This document shows positions 17,364 through 27,721 of a stretch of 58,930 nt of DNA, piece by piece (position 1 is the stretch's first letter; every line of letters begins with the position of its first letter). Where the stretch lies: assembly GCA_041568755.1 (NCBI GenBank), contig JBFFZF010000003.1, forward strand, positions 1-58,930. The letters run 5' to 3'. The position numbers and the translations under genes were made by a program. The DNA comes from Longimicrobiales bacterium. GTDB taxonomy: Bacteria > Gemmatimonadota > Gemmatimonadetes > Longimicrobiales > RSA9. Under the pieces are notes generated by a model, which had not been told where the DNA came from, did no database searches, and saw only the letters and a program-made list of their open reading frames with translations.

Positions 17364-19828
17364 CACACACTCGCGCTGGCCGGGATCCTTGCGCGGCGCC
17401 TGAAGCCTGTCAGGCCAACGGCCAGCAGCACGAGCGTCAGGCTGACGGAAACCCACGCCGCCCGCTCCAGCGTCGCGCTCCGGTACACGAAGCGGATCGT
17501 GTGCGTCCCGGCGGGAACCGGGACGCCGCGGAACGTGTGATTCGCGCGCAGGATCGGGATCGCGCTGCCATCGAGCTGTGCCGTCCATGCCGGATAGTAG
17601 TTCTCGCTGATCATGAGCAGGGCGTCCCGGTCGGTCACGACCTCGAGCGTGTACGCATTCGTCCCGCGTTCGACCCAGCGAACCGATCCCTGGGGATCCG
17701 GCTGCACGGAAGTGCCCGCCGGCAGCGGACCGGGCAGCAGCGCGAGTCTGCGCGGATCGAAGGACGCGTCGAGCAGGCGGTCCACCGCCTGATCGTCCGC
17801 GACGACCTCGACCGCGCCGACCAGCCATGCCCTGGGCAGGGCGTTCCGGTTGCGATACACGACGGACCGGCGTCCCGCGAAGGCCTCTTCGAACCCGGGC
17901 GGTGGCTCGATGCGCTGCGAGATCAGCACGTAGCCGACATTGGCGAGATCGAGGAGGCGAAGTTGGGAAACGGCCACGTTGAAGGCATTGTCGCCGCCCA
18001 CCAGTTCGCGGTAACGACCGATCTCATTGCCGTGATGTCCGCCCAGCTGCTCCAGGCCGTGTCCGGCGAGCGTGTTGGGGTGCCCGTACGCGGGCGCTCC
18101 GATCTGTGGCAGATCACCGAGATCGTAGACACGGAACGGGTCCTCCGCCCGGCTGGCCTGCTGCAGGAACGCGATGGACTCATCCGGCTCGAACAGGACG
18201 GGATCGTGGGGCATGATCGCTGCACCCCGTACGAACGGCCGGCCGACGCGGTACAGGTCGAGCGCCGCGAGCACGGCGAGTGCGAGCACGGCCTCGCGCA
18301 TGCCGACGATGCCACGCGCCACGGCCTCCCATATCCCGGCCACCGCGGCCGCGAGCAGCGCCGCGATCCAGAAGCCGTTGCGGATGTTCTCCTGATTGGC
18401 CTGCAGCCCCTGGGCACGCCGCGCATCCAGGGGGGACAGGCTCTGCCACAACCCGGTGACCAGACCGGCGGACTCGAGCAGTGCCAGGAGCGCCAGCACG
18501 GCGAAGCTGATCCACAGCGCCCTGCGCGCCGCGTCGTGCGCGGATGGCGAGTAGACGCACTCCGCGAGGCGTTGTACGCCCATCGCGCCGAGTGTCGCGA
18601 CGCTGAGCCCGTACAGGAAGATGATGAGCGAAGGAGCGCGGAACAGGTCGACGCCCGGAATCAGATAGAACAGTCGGAACGCGGGCGTTGTCGCACCCAC
18701 CGCGTACAGCACGGAGAGTCCGGCCAGTGCCGCGAAGAACCACGTCTCCGGTGTACGTCGCCGCAGGAAGAGAAGCGGGATCAGCAGGAGCGGCACGAGA
18801 CCGGCGTACTCGTGGTTCAGCTTGAACGGGTTCCGTCCCCAGTAGGTGTCGCCGCCACGGGTCTCCGTGCGCACGTTGTCACCGACGAACTCCGGAACGA
18901 CGAGCGACACGACCTCTTCCGGGTGCAGCGACCACGTGGTCGAGTACGCGTAGCCGCTTTCCGCTTCTGCTTCGACCGTCCGGGCGGCGCGGTGCGACCA
19001 CTCGCGCAGATAGCCGAGCGGGGGCAGGAACTGCACCGCGGCCGCACCGACACCGAGCACGCCGGCCAACGCGAATGCACCCATCATCGCGGCCGCCGTG
19101 CCACGCTGTCCGCCGCGCCAGACCTGTACACAGCGGAACAGGAAGTAGAGCGACACGCCCCACACCGTGAAGTACGCCAGTTGCATGTGTGACGTGAACA
19201 CGATCAGCGCAATGCCCAGTCCGAACCAGGCGAAATCGGCAGGCCGGCGGTGTCGCGCGGCCCGCTCGGCGAGCCAGAAGACCAGCGGCGCAAGCGCGGA
19301 CACGAAGAGTTTGCCGTCTCCGCCCGGGAACACGAGACTCACCAGATCCGGCCCCAGCATGAAGACCAGTCCACCGAAGAACGCGGGGCCACGACCCAGA
19401 CCGATCGTGCGCAGCCACAGGTACGTGAAGCACCCGGCCAGGTAGACGTGCAGGATCATCTTGACGCCCCACATGGTCCGGGCATCGAAGAGGAACAGCG
19501 CCAGCGACGGCGGATAGAAGATGTCGCCGTGCATGCCGTCCACGAAGGGCAACCCTCCGAGAATGAGCGGATCCCACAGCGGGAAGCGCCCCGTGGACTG
19601 CACGAAGCTGGTGTAGAAGTCGCGCGCGAAATAGCTGAGCGCGTACGTATCGGTGCCGAGCAGCGGAGCGCCCTCGAGCAGAAACTCCCGGAACAGCAGC
19701 AGCGTCGGGAGCAGGAAACCCAGGGGCACGAGCCACCGCGGGATCTCCGGCTCGACGACCGCCTGCGGCTCTCGCCGTGCGGGCTCGGTCTGCACTGCCC
19801 TTCCCTTCGCGTTGCGACCCCTGCTCAC
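17363..19828 (-). CDS. YfhO-family GT-C-type integral membrane glycosyltransferase
   Basis: 'FPLWDPLILGGLPF...IFYP', many TM helices, and C-terminal 'ALPRAW...ENYYPAWTA...ANHTFRGVPVPAGTHTIRFVY'. GTG start overlaps the upstream TGA. Confidence 0.85.
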   Translation of the reverse strand: MSRGRNAKGRAVQTEPARREPQAVVEPEIPRWLVPLGFLLPTLLLFREFLLEGAPLLGTDTYALSYFARDFYTSFVQSTGRFPLWDPLILGGLPFVDGMHGDIFYPPSLALFLFDARTMWGVKMILHVYLAGCFTYLWLRTIGLGRGPAFFGGLVFMLGPDLVSLVFPGGDGKLFVSALAPLVFWLAERAARHRRPADFAWFGLGIALIVFTSHMQLAYFTVWGVSLYFLFRCVQVWRGGQRGTAAAMMGAFALAGVLGVGAAAVQFLPPLGYLREWSHRAARTVEAEAESGYAYSTTWSLHPEEVVSLVVPEFVGDNVRTETRGGDTYWGRNPFKLNHEYAGLVPLLLIPLLFLRRRTPETWFFAALAGLSVLYAVGATTPAFRLFYLIPGVDLFRAPSLIIFLYGLSVATLGAMGVQRLAECVYSPSAHDAARRALWISFAVLALLALLESAGLVTGLWQSLSPLDARRAQGLQANQENIRNGFWIAALLAAAVAGIWEAVARGIVGMREAVLALAVLAALDLYRVGRPFVRGAAIMPHDPVLFEPDESIAFLQQASRAEDPFRVYDLGDLPQIGAPAYGHPNTLAGHGLEQLGGHHGNEIGRYRELVGGDNAFNVAVSQLRLLDLANVGYVLISQRIEPPPGFEEAFAGRRSVVYRNRNALPRAWLVGAVEVVADDQAVDRLLDASFDPRRLALLPGPLPAGTSVQPDPQGSVRWVERGTNAYTLEVVTDRDALLMISENYYPAWTAQLDGSAIPILRANHTFRGVPVPAGTHTIRFVYRSATLERAAWVSVSLTLVLLAVGLTGFRRRARIPASASV

Positions 19829-20937
19829 GTGCCTTGCCGCTCCTCCACGAGTTGCTGATAGATGTCCATGTGCCGGTCCACGAGGCGCCGCAGACTCCAC
19901 TGTTCCACGACGCGGTCGCGCGCGCGTCTCCCCATGCGCGGGCGATCCGGCCGCTGCAGCAGCTGGACCACGTGCGCGCTCAGGCTTTCCGGGTCGGCCG
20001 GCTCGAACAACGCGCCGACCTGGTCATCGATGATCTCGGGCAGCCCGCCCACGCGGGATGCGGCGACGGGCCGCTCGCAACTCATGGCCTCCAGCGCTGC
20101 GACGCTCGTCGCCTCCATCAGCGACGGCACGACGATCACATCGGCGGACGACAGAATCGCCGGCATCTCTTCGTTCGGTCGCGCCCCGAGGAAGCGGATC
20201 GAGCCGGACACGCCGAGATCCGCGGCGAGCGTTTCGAGGTGCGCCCGCAACGGTCCGTCGCCCACGATGACCGCTTCCACATCGACCTGCTCCCGCATGT
20301 GCGGCAGCGCCCGGATCAGATACTCGACACCGTTCTTCTCGAACAGGCGCCTCGGCACGACGACGCGATACACACCTGCCTGCCGCGGCAATGCCGGTTC
20401 GGTGGCGCGGAAGAGCTCGGTATCCACGCCGTTGGTCAGGGACTCCGCCCGGGCATGCGGATACAGCCCGCAGGCAACATCGCGGATCTCGCCGCTCGCG
20501 GCGAGTACCCAGTCGGCCGAGCGGACGATCCTGCGCAGCACGGGCCGCCAGGGCGGCCGGCGCGCCAGACGCAGGAAATGCGACGTATGCAGGGTCAGCA
20601 CGAGTGGCCTGCGGTCCGGCCCCGACAGCATGGCCGGGAGTGCGGACGCAAAGGTCTGCGCGTGCACCAGGTCCGCCGAGCGGGCCGCTTTCCGGAAGAC
20701 AGGAACCGAGCCGAGCGTGTGCGCGATCCAGCCGGCCGCATTGCGCGCCGGGAACCAGGTACGCAGTACATGGATGCCGTCCATGGTCTCCTGCCGGGGC
20801 AGCCCCGGCAGCGACCGGGATGTGACCATGGTGACATGATGTCCGCGGCGGACCAGCTCCCGGCACAGGTAGTAGACGTGGCTCTCCAGCCCGCCAACCT
20901 CGGGCGGGAAGTAGATGCACTGCATGACAATGTTCAC
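19825..20937 (-). CDS. GT4-family glycosyltransferase
   Basis: 'YFPPEVGG', 'NGVD', 'KNGVEYLI', 'VGDGP', 'PSLMEATSVAALEAMS'. Confidence 0.9.
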   Translation of the reverse strand: MNIVMQCIYFPPEVGGLESHVYYLCRELVRRGHHVTMVTSRSLPGLPRQETMDGIHVLRTWFPARNAAGWIAHTLGSVPVFRKAARSADLVHAQTFASALPAMLSGPDRRPLVLTLHTSHFLRLARRPPWRPVLRRIVRSADWVLAASGEIRDVACGLYPHARAESLTNGVDTELFRATEPALPRQAGVYRVVVPRRLFEKNGVEYLIRALPHMREQVDVEAVIVGDGPLRAHLETLAADLGVSGSIRFLGARPNEEMPAILSSADVIVVPSLMEATSVAALEAMSCERPVAASRVGGLPEIIDDQVGALFEPADPESLSAHVVQLLQRPDRPRMGRRARDRVVEQWSLRRLVDRHMDIYQQLVEERQGT

Positions 20938-22106
20938 GCCGGGCCTGTCCAGTCCGTCGTAGTGCGGGGCGTGCCGGTCAGCGCGTGCCGGATGATGTCG
21001 GCGATGCGCGCGCCGGCGAGCCCGTCGCCGTAGGGATTGGCCTGAGCCCTCGCCGACCGGGACGGCGGCGCAGCGAGCAGGCTGTCCGCCGAGGCGGCGA
21101 TCCGGGCGGGGTCCGTGCCCACGAGCTGGATGAGGCCGGCCTCGACGCCTTCGGGCCGCTCGGTGACATCGCGCAGCACGAGAACGGGCGTCCCGAACGT
21201 GGGCGCCTCTTCCTGGATCCCCCCCGAGTCGGTGATCACGAGGGCTGCGCGCTGCAGCGCGTGCACCAGGTCCCGGTAATCCAGGGGCGCGGTTCTGCGG
21301 ATGCGCGCGTGACCGGCCAGGATCTCTTCGGCCGCGGCCACGACGCTCGGATTCGGATGCACGGGGACGAGGACGTCGATGTCGGCGTGGCGGTCCGCGA
21401 GATCGCGCAGCGCCTGAAACGCCCGCCGCATGGGCTGCCCGAACGATTCGCGCCGGTGCGCCGTGACGAGCACGAGACGGCGGTCCGTCGCGAGGGCAGC
21501 GCGCAGCGCGTCGTCGACGGGGACATGGTGGCGCCCCGCCACGGACTTCAGTGCGTCCACGACCGTGTTGCCCGTCACATGCACGCGGTCCCCGGGCACG
21601 CCCTCCGCCAGCAGGTGGCGCCGGGCTCCCGGCGTGGGCGCGAAATGGAGGTCGGCCAGCACACCTGTCAGGCGGCGGAACACCTCTTCGGGCCATGGCC
21701 GCAGCTTGTCGTGGCTGCGCAGCCCGGCCTCGACGTGCGCCACGCTCACGTGCTCGAGGAAACCGACCAGACCGCCCGCGAACACGCTCGCCGTGTCCCC
21801 TTCCACGACCACGAGCCGGGGCCGCCACTCGAGCACGACCTTCCGCAGCCCGTCAAGGCTGCCATGCAGTACGTCGTACAGGTCCTGGCCCTCGCGCATG
21901 ATGCCCAGATCCCACGACACGTCCATCGCGAACACCTCCAGCACCTGGTCCATCAGGCGGCTGTGCTGTCCGGTGAGCGCGATGCGCGTCTCGATGCGAT
22001 CTGCGCATTTTTCAAGCGCCGCGATGACGGGTGCGAGCTTGATGCCTTCGGGACGCGTCCCGATCACCACCAGCACGCGTTCGCGGTCGTCGCCGCCCGT
22101 CTTCAT
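20934..22106 (-). CDS. wecB: UDP-N-acetylglucosamine 2-epimerase (non-hydrolysing)
   Basis: 'GTRPEGIKLAP', 'TGQH', 'HVEAGLRS', 'HRRES', 'DSGGIQEE', 'TERPE', 'NPYGDG'. Confidence 0.95.
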   Translation of the reverse strand: MKTGGDDRERVLVVIGTRPEGIKLAPVIAALEKCADRIETRIALTGQHSRLMDQVLEVFAMDVSWDLGIMREGQDLYDVLHGSLDGLRKVVLEWRPRLVVVEGDTASVFAGGLVGFLEHVSVAHVEAGLRSHDKLRPWPEEVFRRLTGVLADLHFAPTPGARRHLLAEGVPGDRVHVTGNTVVDALKSVAGRHHVPVDDALRAALATDRRLVLVTAHRRESFGQPMRRAFQALRDLADRHADIDVLVPVHPNPSVVAAAEEILAGHARIRRTAPLDYRDLVHALQRAALVITDSGGIQEEAPTFGTPVLVLRDVTERPEGVEAGLIQLVGTDPARIAASADSLLAAPPSRSARAQANPYGDGLAGARIADIIRHALTGTPRTTTDWTGPA

Positions 22107-22112
22107 GGGCCT

Positions 22113-23117
22113 CTACTTCGAGCTGCGGGCGTCGACCGATCGCTCCCGGACCCGCCGGTCGACCGCGTCCAGGTCCGCGTGCATCTGCGCCACCAGCTCG
22201 CCCAGGAACCCGAACCCGAACAGAAGGAAGCCGAGCACCTCGAGCAGGATGACCAGATAGAGGAACGGGCGGTAGCCGATCGGCGAGACCACCTCCATGG
22301 CCCGGAACACGATCGTCACGAGTCCGACGATGAGGCCGGATGCCGCGAGTGCGAGTCCCGTGATGCCGAACAGCAGGAGCGGCTTGCGGGCGAAGAAGAG
22401 GAAGAACGCGATCGACACCAGGTCGAGCAAACCAACGAGGATGCGGCCGCGGCCCGTGTACTTCCCTACGCCGTGCCGGCGCGGGAACAGCTGGATGTCG
22501 ATCTCGGTGACCGTGAAACCGCGCGCGAACGCGAGGACCACGAAGAAACGGTGCCAGTCGTGCCGCAGGCGGACCTCATCCAGGACTTCCCGGCGGAACG
22601 CCTTCATCGAGTTGATGTCGGAAACCGGAACCCGGAAGATGGCGCGGCTGAGCCGGTTGTAGATGCCGGACACGACCCGCTTTTCGTAACGGCCGATCTT
22701 GCGGCCGGTGACGATGTCCCAGCCCTCGTGGATGCGGGCCAGGAAGCGCGGGATCTCGTCGACGCTGTGCTGCAGGTCTGCATCGAAGAGGACGAGGCAC
22801 CCAGCTCCAGTCGCGGCCGCGCCGGTCAGGATGGCTTCCGTCTTGCCGAAGTTACGGCGGTGGCTCACAACGCGGAAACGATCCCATCCGGCCGCCGCCT
22901 CGCGTGCGCGATCCGCCGTCCCGTCCGTCGACCCGTCATCGACGAGTACGACGTCGCCGCTGAGCGCCTCGCGCTCGAACATGGCGCGCAGCTCGGCGAC
23001 GAGCTCCGGCATGTTCTCGGCCTCGTTGTATGCCGGGATGAGGACGGCAAAATTGCGCTTCGCCTCCGCCGGCAGGCCGGTCGCGGGCGCGGCTCGCGTT
23101 TCGGGAATCGTGGCCAT
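22113..23117 (-). CDS. GT2 glycosyltransferase with C-terminal TM helices (ArnC/GtrB-like polyprenyl-phosphate sugar transferase)
   Basis: 'PAYNEAEN', 'VDDGSTDGT', 'RNFGKT', 'DADLQH', 'HRF', two C-terminal TM segments. Confidence 0.88.
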   Translation of the reverse strand: MATIPETRAAPATGLPAEAKRNFAVLIPAYNEAENMPELVAELRAMFEREALSGDVVLVDDGSTDGTADRAREAAAGWDRFRVVSHRRNFGKTEAILTGAAATGAGCLVLFDADLQHSVDEIPRFLARIHEGWDIVTGRKIGRYEKRVVSGIYNRLSRAIFRVPVSDINSMKAFRREVLDEVRLRHDWHRFFVVLAFARGFTVTEIDIQLFPRRHGVGKYTGRGRILVGLLDLVSIAFFLFFARKPLLLFGITGLALAASGLIVGLVTIVFRAMEVVSPIGYRPFLYLVILLEVLGFLLFGFGFLGELVAQMHADLDAVDRRVRERSVDARSSK

Positions 23118-23152
23118 CGGGGCCGCGCTCCGCGTGCGGATCGTGTGCGTGG

Positions 23153-24619
23153 TCAGACCCGCTTACGCATGCGGGCGGAGAGGATGCCAAGCTGGTCCCG
23201 ATACTTGGCCACGGTACGGCGCGCGATCTGGATGCCCTCCTCACGCAGGATGTTCACGATGGCCTGGTCCGTGAGGGGACGCTTCGTTTCTTCCTCGGCC
23301 ACGAGCTTCTTGATCTTCGCCTTGATGCCCCGGGCGCTCACGTCTTCGCCCGACGTCGTGGCCAGCCCGCTCGAGAAGAAGAACTTGAGCGGCAGAACGC
23401 CGCGCGGAGTCTGCACGAACTTCTCGTTCGTGACCCGGGACACCGTCGACTCGTGCATGCTGATGACTTCGGCCACCTCGCGCAGCGTCAGCGGCTTGAG
23501 GTACTGCACGCCCTTCTCGAAGAACTCACGCTGCCGGTCGACAATGAAGTTCATCACCTTGAGCATGGTCTGACGGCGCTGTTCGATCGCCTGGATCATC
23601 CAGTTGGCGCTGTTCAGCTTCGTGGAAATGAACTCCTTGTTCTCGCCCTTGAACTTGTTCTTGTCCCGGGCGATCTCGCGGTAGACCCTCGACAGCCGCA
23701 GGCGGGGCAGGTTCGTATCGTTCAGGAACACCAGGTACTCGCCGTCGATCTTCTCGACGATGAGGTCGGGCACGATGTAGTTGTCCGCCGGCGCTGCGTA
23801 CTTGAGCCCCGGCTTGGGGTCCATCTTCGCGATCTCGTCCGCGGCCGACTGGACCTGTCGCGGCGTGATCCCGAGCTCCTTGGAGATCTCGGACCAGCGG
23901 TGATTGATGAGCTGTTCGAAGTACGACGTGACGATGCGCCCGCCCAACGTGTCCATCTGGTCGGTGTCCCTCATCTGCAGCAGCAGGCACTCGCGCAGAT
24001 CGCGGGCGCCAATGCCCGGCGGGTCGAAGCCCTGGATCACGGTCAGCATTTCCTCGAGCTCGTCCAGCTCGAAGCGTTCGGGCAGGTCCTCACCCAGGTC
24101 TGCCGACTCGTCGAGCCACTGGTTCAGGCTGGCGCGCACGTCCTCGAGCGGGCATGTCAGGTACCCCGACTCATCGAAGTTACCGATGATCTCCTCGCCG
24201 ATGATCATCTGCCGCTCCGACAGGCGCAGCAACGACAGCTGGTCGCGCAGGTGGTCGTAGAGGTCCCGCGTGTCGACGGTCACCGGCTCGTAGTACTCGC
24301 GGTCCTCGAACTCGGCACGCCGGCCGCCCGACTCGAAGCCGTTCAGCAGGATCTCTTCCCAGTCGATCTCGTCCTTGCCCGTTTCCTTCTCCTTCTCCGC
24401 CTTCTCTTTCTGGACCTCCGTCGCGACGACGTCCTCTTCGGAAACCGTCGGCTCCTCCAGCTCGAGGAACGGGTTGTTCAGCATCTCCTGCTTGATGTGC
24501 TGCTGCAGGTCGAGGAGCGGCATGTAAAGCAGATCCATCGCCTGATACAGGCGAGGATTGATCTTCAGCTCCTGGCGGAGCTGCGTGCCCTGGTACAGGC
24601 CCGTCCTGATTGGCGTCAT
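23153..24619 (-). CDS. rpoN: RNA polymerase sigma-54 factor
   Basis: 'NPFLE', '[17 protein letters not shown]', 'HESTVSR', RpoN box 'ARRTVAKYR'. Confidence 0.97.
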   Translation of the reverse strand: MTPIRTGLYQGTQLRQELKINPRLYQAMDLLYMPLLDLQQHIKQEMLNNPFLELEEPTVSEEDVVATEVQKEKAEKEKETGKDEIDWEEILLNGFESGGRRAEFEDREYYEPVTVDTRDLYDHLRDQLSLLRLSERQMIIGEEIIGNFDESGYLTCPLEDVRASLNQWLDESADLGEDLPERFELDELEEMLTVIQGFDPPGIGARDLRECLLLQMRDTDQMDTLGGRIVTSYFEQLINHRWSEISKELGITPRQVQSAADEIAKMDPKPGLKYAAPADNYIVPDLIVEKIDGEYLVFLNDTNLPRLRLSRVYREIARDKNKFKGENKEFISTKLNSANWMIQAIEQRRQTMLKVMNFIVDRQREFFEKGVQYLKPLTLREVAEVISMHESTVSRVTNEKFVQTPRGVLPLKFFFSSGLATTSGEDVSARGIKAKIKKLVAEEETKRPLTDQAIVNILREEGIQIARRTVAKYRDQLGILSARMRKRV

Positions 24620-25803
24620 ACTACGGCTTCCGGTCTGGGATACCGCTCACACATCCTGGACGTGAGCGTCGGACCCAGGTAGATCTCCGCGACTTCCTCG
24701 TTCCACACGAGTTCGGCGACCGTACCCGAAACGCGCACCCTGCCGTCGTACATGATGTAGGCACGGTCCACGATATCCAAGGTCTGCTCCACGTTGTGGT
24801 CGGTGATCACGACACCGATCCCGCGGTGTCTGAGATCCGCGACGATCTGCTGGATGTCGTGGACGGCGATCGGATCGACGCCCGCGAAGGGTTCATCCAG
24901 CAGCATGAAACTGGGCCTGCTGACGAGCGCCCGCGTGATTTCCAGCCGGCGGCGCTCGCCGCCCGAGAGGGAGTAGGCGCGGGCCGAGCGCAGCGGCCGC
25001 AGGCCGAGTTCGTCGAGCAGCTCCTCGAGCCGGGCGCGGCGCTCACGGCGCGACATGCCCATGGTCTCGAGGATCGCCATGATGTTGTGCTCGACGGTCA
25101 GCTTGCGGAACACGGACGGCTCCTGAGCCAGGTAGCCTATTCCCTTGCGGGCGCGCTTGTACATGGGCACCCGGGTCAACTCCTCGCCGTCCAACTGGAC
25201 GCTGCCGGCGTCCGGCGCGATCAGGCCGACGATCATGTAGAACGTGGTCGTCTTGCCCGCCCCGTTGGGTCCGAGCAGGCCGACGATTTCGCCCTGCGTC
25301 ACGCTCAGGTCGACATCGGCCACGACTTTGCGGCGCCGGTAGCTCTTGACCAGGCCGTGCGTCGTGAGCGTCTTCGTGCCCAGCGGGAGCGTGTCGGGCC
25401 GGTCCCGGCCGGCGGCATCGAGCAGGCCGGCGAGTGCCTGTTCCAGCATGTCGGCCGCCGCCTGGCGGTCGCCGATCTCGGCGAGCACGGACGGCGAAAG
25501 GCGGACGCGTTCCCAACCGGGACCGTCCGGTTCGCCTGCGGCGATGCCATCAGCGACGAGGCGCGCCAGCACGTGCTGCTCGACGTACTGGCTGATGCCT
25601 TCGGGGTCCTGACCGGCACGCCCGTTGCCCCCCGCCAGGACGCCGGCGGCCCCGGAGCGGGCATGCGCGGCGCGCACGCCGGCGATCCATTCGCCGCGGT
25701 CGAGTGCGCCGGCCGCGTCGGCGCGGCGGATCAGCTCCAGCAGAGCCATCGCCACGGAGACGTCGTGCGGGCGGAGTCCCTCGACGAACTGAGCGAGCAT
25801 CAC
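24616..25803 (-). CDS. lptB: LPS export ABC transporter ATPase with a ~145-aa N-terminal extension
   Basis: '[13 protein letters not shown]', '[14 protein letters not shown]', 'LSGGERRR', '[11 protein letters not shown]', 'TDHNV'. Lies between lptA and rpoN. Confidence 0.92.
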   Translation of the reverse strand: MMLAQFVEGLRPHDVSVAMALLELIRRADAAGALDRGEWIAGVRAAHARSGAAGVLAGGNGRAGQDPEGISQYVEQHVLARLVADGIAAGEPDGPGWERVRLSPSVLAEIGDRQAAADMLEQALAGLLDAAGRDRPDTLPLGTKTLTTHGLVKSYRRRKVVADVDLSVTQGEIVGLLGPNGAGKTTTFYMIVGLIAPDAGSVQLDGEELTRVPMYKRARKGIGYLAQEPSVFRKLTVEHNIMAILETMGMSRRERRARLEELLDELGLRPLRSARAYSLSGGERRRLEITRALVSRPSFMLLDEPFAGVDPIAVHDIQQIVADLRHRGIGVVITDHNVEQTLDIVDRAYIMYDGRVRVSGTVAELVWNEEVAEIYLGPTLTSRMCERYPRPEAVV

Positions 25804-27185
25804 TGGCGCCTCACCGTCGAGGTCGCGGCCCCCTCGCCGGGTCGGGCGCGGGAGACGGGCTGCAGGTAGATGCCGTGCACGTTGCCCTGGGCATCCACAC
25901 CGGACACGGCGCCCTCCGCCAGGTTCACGACGATGCGACGGGCCCGGATGTAGTTGACGGAGATCAGGTCCGGATCCTCCTCGTCGATGACGCGATAGCT
26001 GGACGTTGCGGGCTCCCCGCTGCCGAGTGCCGTGACCTGCTTCAGCGCGCGTGCCCGACGGCCCGCGCTGTCGGGCGCAGCCAGCGTGTCCTCCTCGAAC
26101 GTGGTGATGATCGTGTCTCCGCGCATCCAGTCGTTGGCCGCAATGGCCGGTACGTTGGCATTCGCAAGGTCGGCCGTCAGCCTCTCGCCGTAGGCCATCC
26201 CCACGGCGTTCACGCTTTCGATTGCCCGCTGGGGCACGCGGGCATCGATCGAATCCGCCGTCAACCGGAAATCGGTGGAGATGGCGCGGGCGCGACGGCC
26301 CAGCGAATCGCCCGCGCTCACGGGCAGCGTGCTGTCCTGCGCCGCCACGGCGATGAGCCGATCGACCTCGCCATCGGCGAACAGGATGACGATCCGGGGC
26401 GCCTCGACCGTCGCATCGGACGACACGAGCCGGCCCCGGCCCCGGCCCACCAGCCGGCTGGGATCGTCGTTCTCATCGGTCTCGGCATCGATCGTGTCGC
26501 TCTGCAGTTCGTAGTCCTCCGAGAGCATGCGCGCCTCGCCGGTCAGGCGCATGCTGCCGATCTCCTGGTCGTAGTCCGCCTGCTGCCCCCAGCCGCGCGT
26601 GGCCCCCTGCGTGATCTCGACGCGGCCACGCGCCCTGAACGTCGATGCGCCCTCGATCTCCATGCCGTCGGCGTCGACGATGGTCGTGTCCCGGCGCACG
26701 GAGTCGGCCCGGGCCGCGCGCAGCAGCACGGCATGCGGCCTGCCCGTCTGAAACTGGATGAGCTGCTCGGGCCGCACGTCCGAGCGCTGGTGGTAGATCA
26801 GGAACGGTCCGGTGATGACGGAACCCGAGGCGACTTCGGTCAGCACCACGTTGGTCTGGGCGATGGCCTGCCGTTCACGCGTCATGTAGCGGAGGTAGCT
26901 GGCCGTGAGCCGGTTGTCGACATCCTGGTACCGTGCCCGGCCCACGAACTCGACGATGCCCGACGACTCGAAGTACGCGACGCTGTCCGACTGGATGCGC
27001 ACGCCATCCGGGCAGCGGAACCGTGCCCCGCCACCGATGAACATCATCTGGTTGTCGGTCCCCTGGTTGTAGAGCGTGGCCTGGCTGCCCGGCGTGGGCA
27101 GGAGTTCGCAGTCGTCCGACTGGGCCTGGAGCGGCGCGGCGAGGAACGCGAGCGCCGTGACCGGAAGGAGGCGACGCAGCATCAC
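25800..27185 (-). CDS. OstA/LptA-like periplasmic beta-jellyroll protein (long form)
   Basis: Signal peptide and repeated short beta-strands ('IQSDSVAY', 'LTADSIDA', '[10 protein letters not shown]'). Lies between lptC and lptB. Confidence 0.75.
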   Translation of the reverse strand: MMLRRLLPVTALAFLAAPLQAQSDDCELLPTPGSQATLYNQGTDNQMMFIGGGARFRCPDGVRIQSDSVAYFESSGIVEFVGRARYQDVDNRLTASYLRYMTRERQAIAQTNVVLTEVASGSVITGPFLIYHQRSDVRPEQLIQFQTGRPHAVLLRAARADSVRRDTTIVDADGMEIEGASTFRARGRVEITQGATRGWGQQADYDQEIGSMRLTGEARMLSEDYELQSDTIDAETDENDDPSRLVGRGRGRLVSSDATVEAPRIVILFADGEVDRLIAVAAQDSTLPVSAGDSLGRRARAISTDFRLTADSIDARVPQRAIESVNAVGMAYGERLTADLANANVPAIAANDWMRGDTIITTFEEDTLAAPDSAGRRARALKQVTALGSGEPATSSYRVIDEEDPDLISVNYIRARRIVVNLAEGAVSGVDAQGNVHGIYLQPVSRARPGEGAATSTVRRQ

Positions 27186-27721
27186 CGGCGGATCCGGATG
27201 CCCGGCACTTCGCCGCGCGGGTTCTGGATCACGACCCGCGTGAACTGGTCATCCGCGCTGAAGGCATCGCCGATCTGCGTGCGTCCATCGACCGTCCGCT
27301 TCGTCTCCACGTCGCTCCAGACGCGGCGCGTCGTTGGATCGTAGTGCAGCTGCTCGGTCTCGATCTTCTGCAGATCCTGCGTGATCAGGACTACGGTGCC
27401 CTCCGCCATCAGTGCATCGGTCGCGACGTTCATCGTTCCGGAATGCGATGTCACGGTCGACGTCTGCCGACCCGTCTCGTCGTACATCGTCAGGTTGACG
27501 CCGCGCAGATGGTAGACGGACGAGTCGGTGAACACGAAGACCGTGTCGAACACGCCGACGGCGCTGCGCAGTCCGTCGCTGGAGAACACGTGCGTCGCAC
27601 TGATCAGGACCTGATCGGCCTGCAGGTCCTGGTAACCTTCGCCGGTGGGTGCGCCCACTTCTGCGCAGCCGGTCAGGGCGAGGGCACAGAGCGAGCCGGT
27701 GAGGAAGGAGCGGCGGCTCAT
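27182..27721 (-). CDS. lptC: LPS export protein LptC (lipoprotein-like N-terminus)
   Basis: 'LALTGC' lipobox, 'IETEQLHYD..RRVWSD'. Position kdsD-lptC-lptA-lptB. Confidence 0.8.
   Translation of the reverse strand: MSRRSFLTGSLCALALTGCAEVGAPTGEGYQDLQADQVLISATHVFSSDGLRSAVGVFDTVFVFTDSSVYHLRGVNLTMYDETGRQTSTVTSHSGTMNVATDALMAEGTVVLITQDLQKIETEQLHYDPTTRRVWSDVETKRTVDGRTQIGDAFSADDQFTRVVIQNPRGEVPGIRIRR

Noticed and set aside
20985-23573. Long plus-strand ORFs (862 aa here; also 8313-10139, 17237-19192, 27344-29104, 52758-54542)
   Set aside because: Antisense shadows of clear genes, expected in high-GC DNA. They are Arg/Ala/Pro-rich with no recognisable motifs.
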